A stretch of 64,000 nucleotides of DNA. Origin: Daphnia carinata (lineage: Eukaryota). The position numbers and the translations under genes were made by a program. Below, piece after piece: positions 27,607 through 40,137 of the stretch (positions are counted from its first letter, which is position 1; the number at the start of each line of letters is the position of its first letter). The notes below the pieces were generated by a model that did no database searches, was not told the DNA's origin, and saw nothing but the letters and a program-made list of their open reading frames with translations. The stretch spans positions 2,666,001 through 2,730,000 of the forward strand of contig NC_081334.1 in the NCBI RefSeq assembly GCF_022539665.2, in the 5' to 3' direction.

Positions 27607-28089
27607 ATGTCGTACAAGAATATCTATTATTCGGACAAATACTACGACGACAAATATGAATACAGGTGAGTGACGAGCATTTTGTGGAAACGTTGGTAAA
27701 GCATTGGTTGTAGAGGCACATGTTCTTCACTTCTATTCTTGACAAATGGCAATTGCCAACATTTTCGGTTTTTAGCATGATATTATATTTACGCCGTTTC
27801 TTTACACTCGATACTTTTTTGACAGGCATGTTCAACTTCCAAAGGATCTTGCCAAACTTGTACCGAAAAGTCATCTAATGACGGAGGCCGAGTGGAGAGG
27901 GCTTGGTGTCCAGCAAAGCCAAGGCTGGATTCACTACATGATTCATCAACCTGGTAAGTCCCAGCCATTTAAATATCAAATCAAGTTTCAGATTGGTGAT
28001 AAACTTTCGGTCTTCGTATCACAGAGCCTCACATTCTGTTGTTCCGACGCCCAATCACCACACCCCCAATGGAAGAAAAAGAATCATAA
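27607..28089 (+). CDS. CKS1: Cyclin-dependent kinases regulatory subunit (Cks1/Suc1 family), 83 aa
   Basis: Exons 27607-27665, 27826-27953 and 28025-28089 (59+128+65 = 252 nt, GT-AG). Protein: [83 protein letters not shown], with the CKS signatures YEYRHV, EWRxLGVQQSxGW and [13 protein letters not shown]. Confidence 0.97.
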
Positions 28090-28376
28090 ACGAACAATCT
28101 TAAACTCCCTCCACTAAAAGCCAGCAAGTGCGATTAAAAGTGTTGCTATTGATAATTATTTCTTTTTTGACGTTTTCTTCTTCGATTCACCTTTTTCACT
28201 TCATCTTCCCACTTCTGTCATTTGTTCAACCTTCCCCGTCATTCCCTTCATGCTTAAAGATGTCTTTTTTCAGGCTCTTTTTTTTAGGCTTCCCAAAAAG
28301 CTGTTTTTTTTTCTTTCTCAGTTTAGTTGAGTGTTAATAGAGCCAGAGAACCTGTACAATATTCCGTATGTACCGT

Positions 28377-28382
28377 AATAAA
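28377..28382 (+). terminator. Candidate polyadenylation signal of Cks1
   Basis: AATAAA about 290 nt after the Cks1 stop and before the LRRC49 start. Confidence 0.5.
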
Positions 28383-28527
28383 AACCCATGTTTCGCTGCT
28401 AACGCAGAAAGAAAACAGGATAAAATGATTTCGGACACCATCTGCTGGATTGTATAGGAACACACTCCATCCATCTATAAAGTAAAGCAGTGAACATGAA
28501 AACAAAAAACGGAAGATTGAAGCCTTC

Positions 28528-31500
28528 ATGTTTAATAGCTGTGGGCAAGGCCTTACGTGAGTTTACTGGTTGCCACGGCCACGGAATCAACAAAGTGGTT
28601 TTTGAATGAAACTCTCGACAGTCATCCGAGTGGGACAATGCAGAGGAGATCGTTTTCACATAAGAGGGTGGATTCGTTCCACTCGTTCAATGCCGCGAAA
28701 ACAAAATCTGCACCACTCAAGAGCGAATGGGGAGAAAACTTCATTATGGACAGGTAAATAATCGTGAACAAGTTGAGCACTATATATTTTTTATAACATT
28801 TCCCCTCTATTTGACTGTTGATTATTGAATTGGGGACATTGGCTGTCTACCCATTGCCAGGTGCGGTCTGCCATGCGTGCCTTCGCTCAAGGGCCGCGAA
28901 AACGTCCAGTTCATTTCCCTACAGCACAATTTGATCTGTCGGATCGATTCTTTGGCCTCCTTCCGGATGCTCAAAGTGCTGAACCTCTACGACAACAAAA
29001 TCGAACGGATATCGGGTCTTGACACGCTCACCTCTCTTCGAGTGTTGATGCTCGGTAAAAACAGGTACCGTAGCCATGCTCGTACTTTGACGGATTACCA
29101 GTCATTTCCCCTTGGCCAGCCTGACCTGCTGTATACTTTCTTTCCGATCAAGTCAGGCATAATATGAAACGAACAAAAATGATTGGACGTTCGTTTCACT
29201 GTTGTTGCTTGTTTTTTTTTTCTTAACTCCCCTCTTCTTGACTTCTCTCTCTTTTATGTACGTGTTTCTCAACTTTGACGTAGATTGAAAACGACGGAAG
29301 GGCTGGAGTCGTTGCAGAGCCTCGACATTTTGGACCTGCACGGCAACCAGATCGCCGCTCTGACGGGTATATCGCGCCTCCGGACTTTGCGTGTGCTAAA
29401 TCTGGCGGCCAATTCCCTCAAGAAGCTGCCCTCCCTTGACGGACTCCTCGCTCTCGAGGAGCTCAACGCCAAACGCAACCGAATCTGCAAGATCGTGCCG
29501 GAAGTGGCACACGCCAAGCGGCTCGAACGGCTCTACTTGAGCAACAACGAACTGCGTCGGTAAGTTTTTGGCGTACAGATGAAACACTTCCCACAACAAC
29601 AGCCGGTTTGAAATTACCATCGCAATATATAGAGAAAAGGGAAGATGGCACCAACTTTCTTTTTACTTTCTCTTTCCTTGGATAGTGTGTGCCCATTCGG
29701 CCGGAGTTCGAGAAAGAGCCACGGCTTTCTGCTTGTGACACAAGTTTTTGAGGGAATACGTCGCATGAAAAGGAGGTGAGGGGGGGACTCGGCTTAGACT
29801 TGAAGAGACGAAATGCCAGTGTGTGCATCATGGCGTGCGTGTGTGACGTAATAAGAGAGGTGGCCACGGGAATCGTTTATTTGCGTTGTCCAAAGTAGGA
29901 ACGGACGTCCCCAACGACACAAGAACAACGGAAGCGAACAGAGAAGGCGACGACGTTTTGAAAACAAACAAAACACTGTCTATAAAGCTTTTGGATTTTG
30001 AAAAAAAAGAAGACGAGGGGAAATAGACAAGAAAACTTAATAGTGGACTGGAAGCACCAGGTCGACGGGTTTTTTTATTTTATCGCGACCAGTTCAGTTA
30101 AATCGATGCGAACAAAAAATTGCAATACTCTCGTCGTTCTTTCTTTATTGTTAGCAAGGGCAGTAGTTTCCTTTTTGTTTTTCAAATGGCATTAAAAAAA
30201 AACGAATTTTGTGACTCATCTAAATTGATATGTCATGTACGTTGTAGTGTTATATTCAGAAAGCATGCTAAAGAGCATCAAACGAAAGGGTATTACTTTT
30301 GCCGCGGGCCGGATTGTATCCATATTGTGCACTAAAAAGCCTAGTCGGGGTTTGGATGACCAGCTTTTGGAACAGTAAAGCGTTCATTAAAAACGCATGT
30401 CACCTTGTCGTAATTCACTAGGTAAATGGATATGACCCTTCGCTATTTTATTGCAATTTCGTCGTAAACAATGGACAAAGTTCTCTTATTTAATCATCGT
30501 GTTCTGAATTGTTTGTAAACAGCAAAGCAGTAAATGATGTAATTGTCCAGCCGTTTCATTCTACCGAATTTGTATGTCACGTGTTTATCTCTGCTATATC
30601 CAAATGATCGTGTGTTCGTGCATTTGCAGGCTGGACGACCTGAGCCCGTTGAGTTTCCTCAACGGATTGAAGGAGCTCTCGCTGGACGGCAACCCGCTGA
30701 CTTTTAACGCCAACTACGTCCTGTACGCGGTCAGTTCGATGCGTTCGCTCGTTTTACTCGACCAAAATGTCATCTCTTGCGGACTGAGAGCCGAGGCGGA
30801 GACCTGGTCGTCTCAGCGCTTGCCGGCCAGCACAGCCAGCAGCCAAATGGACAAGATCAACCCGATTGTGACTGTCCAACACAAGGCTTCTGCTTCCGGC
30901 GTTGCCATCGGCACGATCAAGAGCTCCGGCATGTCCAGCAAGTTCCACCAGCGCAATGTCGCCGTCGTCCGGCCCATGAGCACGACACATCAGCCGGAAC
31001 AAGACCATCACGAGACTCCGCCACAAGCGGAAGGTTTGACGGGGCAGGTTGGCAGCCCCCCGATTGCCCACGAACCGCCCCGTTGTCATAGCCCGGGTCC
31101 GATGGCATCGCCATTAAATCGTGTTTGGTCAGGAGCGGTGACCCTCCGCGGCGCAAGTCCTTCCGACAGATCGCCTTCTCGGCGATGGTGTGCAACGCGG
31201 CAGCGCCTCGGCCGGCGGCCGATGATAGCGAAGACAGGCCCGTCTTCCGTTTCAGTCTCCGCCCACCGACAGCCGAATGGAACGAGAAAATCGAAAGGCG
31301 GACCACCGGAAAGCGAACGACCAGCAGCGGCGGTGGCGGCAGCAGCAATTGTAACAGACGACGCGATCGATCGCGTGTCGCCATCGAGTTTGACGATTCT
31401 TCCAGTTCGTGGAATTCCGACTCGGACGACTCGGATACGGCGTCCACCGCGTCCACGCAGTCCAGGAAACCGGCCGCCAGGTTGCCCTGCCGCGTTTCAA

Positions 31501-32675
31501 CTGCACCGACGGCCAGCGGTGCGACGATGAACTTGAGTCGCGGCGTCTCGTCGAGCAAAGCGCCGACGTCGTTGGCCAATCAGAAGCTGAGCGCCACGAT
31601 TGGGATGAACATCAAAGAGCAGTTGCGCGACCTGCGGATTATCGTCGGCGAAGAGGAGGTGCACATTACCGGTTTGAACATTGTCCGCATGCTGCACAAC
31701 ATGCACTGGTCGGCCGATGAAGTGGATTTGTTTCACATGATCGTCTTTTACGGCCTCAGCTTCGATCAGCTGTGTCCGCATTACGCGTCCATCCGCAAAC
31801 TGTTCCCCAACTTGCGCAATTTCGCCTTCCGCAAGATGGCCATCCCGCCGACGTTGCGTCAGATCAACGCCCTGGCCAAACTGGAAAGCTCGTCGTGGTT
31901 TCGATGGACCATCAGCGTCGAGACGCTCGTCCCAACGCCAGAGCCGTTGAGGGCCGCCTGGAAGTTGTACGCCATTTATCGGTTGCATCCATTCGGATTG
32001 GATCAGATCGACGGAGAGCCGATTGGACCCGAAGACGTGGCCAATGCCGAGGACCACTACGATACGCTCGATGCTCTTGTCTTGTTAACAGCGCCATCAA
32101 CGGCCATCCGGAGACAATTTGATCGGTTCCACGATGCTGGACAAAGTCCGTCATCGTCGTCTTCTTCTTCTGGATCTTCGGACGTTGGCGGGGCTGCGTG
32201 CCAACAGCAGCAACAGTCACGTGATAACGAGTACGGCCTCTTGATGAGGAAGCGAGCCATTCGTGCCACGTTTCAACCGTTCAAGGTGTGTCTGTGAATT
32301 GATTATTTTTAAATGAGGCTGCTGTCGCGATCCACAACGATCCGTCAGTGTCGTTCGTGGAAATATTCCATCAATCCGACGTTGTTGTTTTTTGTTGCTT
32401 TTCTTCTCGTGCGTGACTTGGTTTCTAAACTTTCATATTTATTCATTCCTTTCAATTTTTCTGTTTAGGAAACGAAGCACTTACGAAATCGTACAGCGCA
32501 TCTGAAATACATTGCCGAGTACGGTATGGAAGTGGCCATCAAGTTGAGTTTCCTGTCCCAAAACTGGGAACGTCTTTTGACCGACATGGTGGAAACTGCA
32601 GCAGACGAAGTGCAAGACGAAGCTGTTTACAAGAGGACCAAGATGGCTCAGATGAGGAGCAACTCGAATGCCTGA
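28528..32675 (+). CDS. LRRC49: Leucine-rich repeat protein 49 (tubulin polyglutamylase complex / centriolar satellite LRR protein)
   Basis: Exons 28528-28556 (start tentative), 28622-28753, 28861-29064, 29284-29559, 30630-~31047, ~31092-32285 and 32469-32675. SDS22-like LRRs (LNLYDNKIERISGL, LRVLMLGKNR, LDILDLHGNQI, LRVLNLAAN) and an LRR cap (LSLDGNPL..YV) match LRRC49 as I recall it. The C-terminal domain contains RKLFPNL..LRQINALA..WKLYAIYRL. The junction near 31048-31091 is uncertain because of a frame change. Confidence 0.85.
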
Positions 32676-35600
32676 TTGGAATATACTGTTTTTCTTTTCT
32701 TTTTTTTTTTCCTTTTTTTTTCTATTTATTCATTCAAACAAACAAAACAAAATTGACATAGAGAATATGAAAATCTAGCTTTTGTTTTTTATGCAAATTT
32801 ACGTGCTTTTCGTATCGTTGCTGTGGTTAATCAATGTTATTTTCGACCTTGCCAAAGAAAGGCATAAAATTACGAAAGAAACAAAAAAAAAAAAAAAAAA
32901 AAGAGAGGGAGAGAGACGTAAAAAAAAAAAGGAAAGTTGTGAAAGCGTAATGTTGGAAGAAGAGAAATATACGTGGCAACGCCAAATGTTCTTTACTTTC
33001 TCGCGCCTGTATTTCCCAGGGTGTGTGAGTGTCTGGTGTGTGTCCAAGCAAAGTAAACACAAAAGATGGTGGTGAGTTGTGCATGTCGTACTGTGCCCTA
33101 TGTTACTCCACCCCTGCACCACGTTTTGTGTTGAATTTCAGCGAAACGGTTGCACTGAGAGACGTCAGAAGGGAGATAACAAGAAATTCAACTATTCGTA
33201 GAGGTAATTCGTAAAATCGATAACGAAATATGTAAATTATTTTTACCAACGGTTTGCACATAATATGGTGAAGAACGAATCACGAATGAAGATGAAAGTA
33301 AGGCCGCAACTGCTTATCTAGGTTATCCACCTTGTCCTGGTTATTATTTTGACAAACACAAACTATTAGATAATAGTTTAAAATCTAATCATTCAAAATC
33401 TCTGCTTTCAGGCAATAATGGATATCTTTTGGGTGTTAGCTTACGTTTAATCTTTCGCCAACGTTTCATAAGTTGCTGATGTGGACTCACGTCTTGTAGT
33501 TTCTGCATCCACATGTATTCACATCATATCTAATGTTAACATTATATCATATCAGGTGGCTTATCGATGTGAATCTCTTTGTTATCACATTCAGCACAGG
33601 GCATGGATCATGAGTGCTGGCGATAGATTGCAGCCTATAGAGTTTGAAACATTGAAGAGCTCTGTGCTCAGCAACAAAGGCAGAAGCATTGGCCATTTTC
33701 ATATTTAATGACGAATGCCCCATGTCGTGCATGACACAGCCAGTGACCCTGCTGGTTCGCTGTGATAGAAAAGCCTGTGGTTTCCCATTGTGGGTCTGGT
33801 TACTATGGGAAACCAAACTACAGCCAACCACTACATCCTGCTGATAAAAACTTAATGCTATCGATAGATTGTACATTGATCCCGTAGATTTTTCCAATAC
33901 CTAGACTGACGGGGTACCCATGTTTTCGAATCGCAGTTGGTTCACCCGGAAATCGAATGTTTATCCAGCAAACAAACAAATAATGCCGATTGTATTTGCG
34001 AGAACACGATTTCTTTTGTTGACGTGACGGGACAAGTTGAGTGCCAAGGTTATTGGCTGCATGATACTAGATGATCATTTATGGAGATGACTCAACACGC
34101 TTCGCTACTGATGGCGCCTGCGTCTGCTTGCACATTGCATGTGGTCACAAACAACGGAAAAAAAAAAGTGGCAAGTTTTTTGCAGAGATGTTGTGAAATG
34201 TTGAAAGGCTTTTATCCGTCTGTCTTCGACTCTTTTCCCTCGTGAGCTTCTTCTGTGGAAAAAAAAAAGGAGAGCACAAATATCCACGGCGACTGTGCGG
34301 ATTCCGCTGGTCCAGCCGGCTCCTCACACCCTCCTCTATAGCATCTCCTCCTCCAGTAGTGGTAGCCGAGCCACCCGACACGGTCGTCTATCAACCCGTG
34401 CTCGTCGTGTGTGTTCCGTTGGCTCCCTTTTGTTTTGTTTTTTCGGATACAAAAACTCTTTCCGTGTTGGTTTCTTTATCCAATAAGATTTCGGTAATTG
34501 AAAGATATTTCTCTTCTTCGCACTGTGTTCTCGTCAAGTTGTTTACCGAGATGAAACGCACGTCGGGGCCCAGTGTTTGAGCTTTGATTTATTCATCGTT
34601 GGGTATTCTCGTTTATTGGTTCTATGGCACGTAGATCAATTTGATTAAGACCAAGTGCATCCCCCCCCCCCCACCGACCACATCGTTCCCCCAGTTTCTT
34701 CTTTTATTGTTTTCTCCGGCCAATTTTTTTTTAGTAGTGAAAAAAAAAAAGGGAGAGGATAAATGAGAATCAAATGAAAAAGCAGAACGTGTGGTTTTTT
34801 TTTTTTTTCCCTTTAATTGTGAAACAGCAAATGTCCAGCCGGGATGCTGTCGTCCGCTAACAAACGACGCACTCGTTTCTTTTTGGAGATGGTTCAAGTC
34901 TTTCAGCTCGTGACCATTAAGAGGAAAAAAATAACTTACAAAAGGAGGAAGATGAAGGAAGAAAAGAATAGATTTTTATTGTAATTTCTTTTTTTTTTTT
35001 TTGCTTGTTATTATGGCCAATTTTGCTCGACTGACCACCGCCCCTATTTCACAGCTGCGTGAACAAACGAAACATACCCAAGGATTTCTTAACGGCCATT
35101 TTTCTTATCCGTTTTATGGATGCCGATTCCGGGTATAGAAAGTTGTTCGAAAATTGTAGAAAGGGGAATTGACGAAAGAAGAAAAACGGATTAGGATTCA
35201 CGCCACGTTGATCATTTATGATCCCACTCATATCGTACCTCCCTTTACGATTCGCCCCCCCCCCCTTTCTTCTTTTCGGTCAGACCGTAGGTGGGAGCAT
35301 GTTCTTATTCTTCCTCCACAAACTCGATATGAAGGTTTAGAAAGAAGTTGTCGGATCAATCGATAAGCAATTCATGAACAGCTAGATGTTATGTAGGTGG
35401 TCAGCCGGCCAAGGTATGGACGTGTGGGGTACATGATGTGTGTTATTCGGAATATCGGGAACCCGATGGTACCAACGGCTGGTATGTCCGCAAGGCTACA
35501 CTTCTTTATGCCTCGTACCATCCGATCTGTAGGATGGTAATGACTACTGGGAAAAAGGCCGGAAGCATATACATCGAATTCAATTGTTTTTTGTTATTAT

Positions 35601-36381
35601 TATTTTATTTTTTTTGCTATTGAATATCATTTTATGTGCTCGTATTCTTTTTTTTTTATTGATATGCAAAACGATTGACATGTTTTTTTTTGTTTTTTTT
35701 ATAGAGAAAATCGGATTGAAGAAGGATGACGATGACTATCGGTAGGATAGCGCCAATCAGCAACGTCGATCATCAATACTGAAAAAAAACAACAACACAG
35801 CATTCGCCCAGCATCAGAAAAAGGAGAAGACGGCCAACAGAAACTTGGCACAACACGAGGAAGAGGAAAATAATCGTAATAATAAAGTTGTGTGTTTTTT
35901 TTTTTTTCGTGAGAGAGAGAGGCAAACTACTTGAAATTGGTGGGAAACAAAAACGGCCAGCATCAATGCGCCATGTGGACGTACTCCAAGAACCAGCCTT
36001 CTCGAGGTATATATATTTACTTTTCAAAGTTTTTATCCCCCCCCCCCCTCTTTTTTTTTTTTTTTTTTTCTTTAAATATTTTTAAGTAACGTGTTCCATG
36101 CGTATTTCTTCATCCGGATATGTTTTTCCCCGCTATCCTGCTTATTATTTATTTATTTTTATTTTTATTTTTTTCTTTCGTCTCCGCCATTCTCAACGAT
36201 TTTTCGCCGTGTTTTTGCGCGCGCTTTATTTTTGATTGCTGGAAGAAATCTCGGGTCCGTGCGCGAAAATACTCGGGACGGAACAAAACGTTGAAAGCCT
36301 TTCGGTTCCGCTGGGATGCCGCATTCGTTGGCACCACATCAATCCATTCTCATTTCCGTCTGGCCCTCTTTCTCCCCCTGG

Positions 36382-36384
<3 letters not shown>

Positions 36385-36436
<52 letters not shown>
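36385..36436. repeat. (TC)n microsatellite / GAGA-type tract upstream of ATP8B
   Basis: About 26 uninterrupted TC units. Confidence 0.95.
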
Positions 36437-36439
<3 letters not shown>

Positions 36440-36729
36440 CTCGCCGCGCTCCAACTTTCTTTCATGTATTTATATCCCCGCGTAACGTGTAGACATTGAA
36501 TAAGCGCATCGCCGTCCGGGCCAAACATTGGCCTGTTCTCGCCTGTCGCCTCTCTCTGTTTGTTTGTTGTTGTTAGCTCTTAGCGTTTGATTTCTTCATC
36601 GGGCGTGATTGAATTCGGTCATTGAGACAATCGTTTTTGGATTTCGTTTCTCTGTGCGACGAAAATGATGGACAAAATTGATTAACCTTAATCGTGTACG
36701 TACACAAGGGTCACGTGTGTCGTAATCGC

Positions 36730-36743
36730 GTGTCCATGGCAAC
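36730..36743 (+). promoter_or_regulatory. RFX X-box-like motif in the ATP8B upstream region
   Basis: GTGTCCATGGCAAC has a perfect CATGGCAAC half-site and lies about 860 nt upstream of the putative ATG. Confidence 0.45.
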
Positions 36744-37600
36744 CAGATGCTATCACAGAAATCCAGGGGAGTCGAAGCTAAGATCAACACATCAGTTTGT
36801 CTACCGTGTTGAACTTTTCTTGTTTCTTATTCGTCTGCATTTCTTTTGCCACTGTCTCTGCCTCCCTTTTTTTTTTATGGTATTGGGAAAAAGAAAAAAT
36901 CATTTGGACTTGCGACATCAGAACTGACTCGTTCGAATGGAATTGGCAATGAAAAACAAAAAAAGGAAAGAAGAAGAACAGACATCGAAAGATATGAAAG
37001 AAAACAAAACAAGGTGTGTCTCGCTCTATTCGTGACTGCTGCCATTGATATTGAGCCCCGGGACAAGAACGTCTACAATTCAACAGTTTGCATCGACAGC
37101 TTTTCTTGGAAACACTTGTATCATTATTTATTTATTCATTCATTTTTTTTCCAAATTCTTGTGCGGAAGTTGAGCGAACTTTGTTGCGATAAATCATCGT
37201 CCCGGATCCACCGCCAGAAGCAGGATACACCAACGTGTGTTTTTTTTGTTTTTTGTTTTGTTTTTTTTTAGTTGAAGAAGCAAACTTGGCAACTCTGTTG
37301 GCGAACAATTGAGCAACGCCTTGACGCTTATTCAATACCAAACAAAAACAAAAACAAAAAATCAAAATACCTTTCTCGGATATTTTCTATATTTATTTGC
37401 ATGAGCGGACGTCGCTCTCTCCGCCGCATTTTGGGACGTGCGGAATTTCAAAGAAAAACAAAATGGACCGGTAGAAGACGGTTGCATCATTTCCGTTCAT
37501 ATCTCGAATAGCAGAGAGAAGAAGAAGAAGAAAAATGTGCAAAACACAAAAAATGAAAAGGTAAAGGGAAAAAAAAAACAAACAACAAAATCGGAAGGCG

Positions 37601-38620
37601 ATGAAGATGAACCGAGTGGAAACGAATTGCAGGAGGGAAGTAGTGAATGAAAGGCAAGACGGACGGCTGATGGATCAAGCGGATGGATCATTGTCGCCAT
37701 CGAGCCTTTTACTGCGTTCAACCGCCGCCGACAATGACGGATGGCGAAGGCGCACAGACCGACGCATGGCCAGGGCTCGAACGCGAAGAGCTCGAGCCGA
37801 CAAGCAGCAGACGAAGCGCTTACGCTCTGCTCCGGATGTTCATCCAAGTTCCGGCCGCTGTTGGATGCCCGTAGCCGGCGGACAAGATGAGTCGCTCTGT
37901 TCTCCATTACCCGCGGCGTCCGCGTATCAGGAAGCGCAGACATGGCAGCAACACCACCACCAACAGCAGCGACGGTATCGATCAAAACGTCCGTTCCCAC
38001 CCGCCCGCCTTCAGCTCTTCTGTGTGTGTGTGTGTGTCGCTTTTCTTTTCCTTCTTTTTTTCAATGATACTGGAGAAAGGGGAAAAAAAAAAAAAGGCTC
38101 GGTCGAAGATGTACAGCGTCATTCTTTGGAACCCGATTCCCGGATTTTTCACTTGACAGTTGATAAAGCGCACACGCAGGCCCGTTTCGGTCAGGCCATT
38201 TTTCCGCCTTTTTTTTTTTTTTAATCCCGAAGAGTTTCACGATTTTAAAAACTCGGCTTTACCTCCCCCGGGTTCTTTATAGCGTCCATCTTTTTTTTTT
38301 TTTTTTTAAGCGAAATGTCGTTTTCTTCGATTGAGTCATCGGTGATTGCGTTTGGTCCTCTTCTTCTGTGTTTACGCTCCGAAAGGATTGACTAGCAACA
38401 TGCAATGGTTGCGATACGAAGACCACACTCCATGCATGTACTTCCTTTTCTTTAAAAAAAAGAAAATGGGGGGGGGGGAGGTTTAGAATGATGGAAATAA
38501 AAAGGAAGTAAAATATTAATAAAGCAGAAAAGGGAGTAGACGGGCCTTATTTTTGTTGGCAATGGACTGTCTGAAAGAACGTGAAATGATTATGTTTGTA
38601 GGCAATGCAAGGGCGTAGGT

Positions 38621-38655
<35 letters not shown>

Positions 38656-39663
38656 CACGGGGAAGGGATAGAAGAAGAGAAAGAAAAGTCTCAAGATCAA
38701 AAAGGTCGGATGATAAAAGGTGAAAATGTGTTCCTTCCAAAGGGGCGGGGAGAATAAAGAAAGGAAAGCAAATGGCTTCATTTCTAGTCCGACTCACGTC
38801 CGCCATGTTGCGCAATCTGCCCTGTTAAAAAGAGCAACAGCCATTTGCTGGCCTCTCTGTTGTTTTCTATTTCCGTATTTTTTTTTTTAATTATTATTAT
38901 TATTATTTTTGTTCTTCTTCTTCTTTTTATATTTTTCTTTTCTTTTTTTGTGATTTCCTCGGAATGTGACACGCCCCTGAAGCGGACGAGGTCAATCGAT
39001 GGAGGGACTTTGACTTTGACGTTGTTGCCATTTGTTCACCGTTGTCACGTTTTTTTTTTCTTCTCTCTTTTGCGTGTGTCGTGTTGTTGTCGCCCGTCGA
39101 AATGTTGTCGTTACAGCCTGAACAAGCCGATCGATGCTACCATGGATAATAGCGCCACAGTGACACCCCCTCACGAAGGAGCCAATCCCGGAATCAACGG
39201 CGGCCAACCGGATCAACCCAAGCCGTCCATACGACGTGATTTAGGCAAAAACATCATTTGTTTTTTTGTGTTTTTTTTTTCCCCTTTTTCTTTTCGTTGT
39301 CCGTGATTGAGAATTTTTGCGTTTTCGTTCCTTTTCCAAACGGCAACAACAACACAACAAAAATATTGTCGTATGCAAAAACAGGTTCGAGATCGCGGAG
39401 CGCAGAGGCGATGGGCACGCCGTCGTCGGACGGCGGTAGCCACGGCAAAAGCCGGCGGATCTTGCCGTCGTTGAGACGCATATCAACAACACCATTGAAG
39501 CCGAGACGTCGGTCTTCGTCCGAATCGTCCGAATCGTCGTGTCCGTCGGCGCCGACGGCTCCCAAACAGCCGGCCAGGCCGAGCCCGTTGAGGAGCGCGG
39601 CCGTGGCCGCAGCGCGCAAAACGCGCCGATTGTTCGGCGCTAAATCCAATGACATTTCACCTG
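37601..39663 (+). CDS. ATP8B: Putative N-terminal extension exons of ATP8B (about 257 aa, low-complexity and S/R/P-rich)
   Basis: Exons 37601-37974 (phase 2), 39117-39235 (phase 2->1) and 39385-39663 (phase 1->1) join in frame through GT-AG junctions to the conserved [10 protein letters not shown] exon at 41024. No domain homology recognised; alternative starts are possible. Confidence 0.6.
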
Positions 39664-40100
39664 GTATTTTTTTGTTTTGTTTTACGCACGGATTGCCGTT
39701 GCTTGTCCGTCTTCCTGTCCGTCTCATTCGCCCGTCTAAAAACCGCATGTTTTATTTTGAGACGTTCCATGTGCGCACGTGTAGTGGAACGTCGTCGTCA
39801 TTTTCTTTTTCAATGTTGGTACGCACGCAAAAATTGCACAAGCTGTTGCAAAAAAAAAAGTAAAAGACGTTGCGTGTGTGAGTGTGTCTGCAAACGCCCC
39901 CCCCCATTTTACTTGTTGATGGCTTTCAAATTCGATCCCCCCCCCCCCCCCCTTCGTATTTTTTTGTTTGGGGGAGGTTGTTGGACGATACGTTTCTTCT
40001 TAATTAGTTTCCGGCTGCTTGAAAGGCGAGCAAAAGTCAACGTGAGTGTATTAAAGACGCGGGCACTATAGGAGAAAGAACGTAACGTGATTCGTTTGGA

Positions 40101-40137
<37 letters not shown>

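Noticed and set aside
27311..27874. 187-aa minus-strand ORF
   Set aside because: Antisense to Cks1 exons and promoter, with no recognisable domain; shadow ORF.
31048..31400. Programmed -1 ribosomal frameshift as the explanation of the LRRC49 frame change
   Set aside because: No canonical X XXY YYZ slippery heptamer seen after the TAG at 31089-31091. The C-run at 31056 lies before that stop.
30917..32269. Several long minus-strand ORFs (220 aa, 186 aa and others)
   Set aside because: Antisense shadows of the GC-rich LRRC49 exon.
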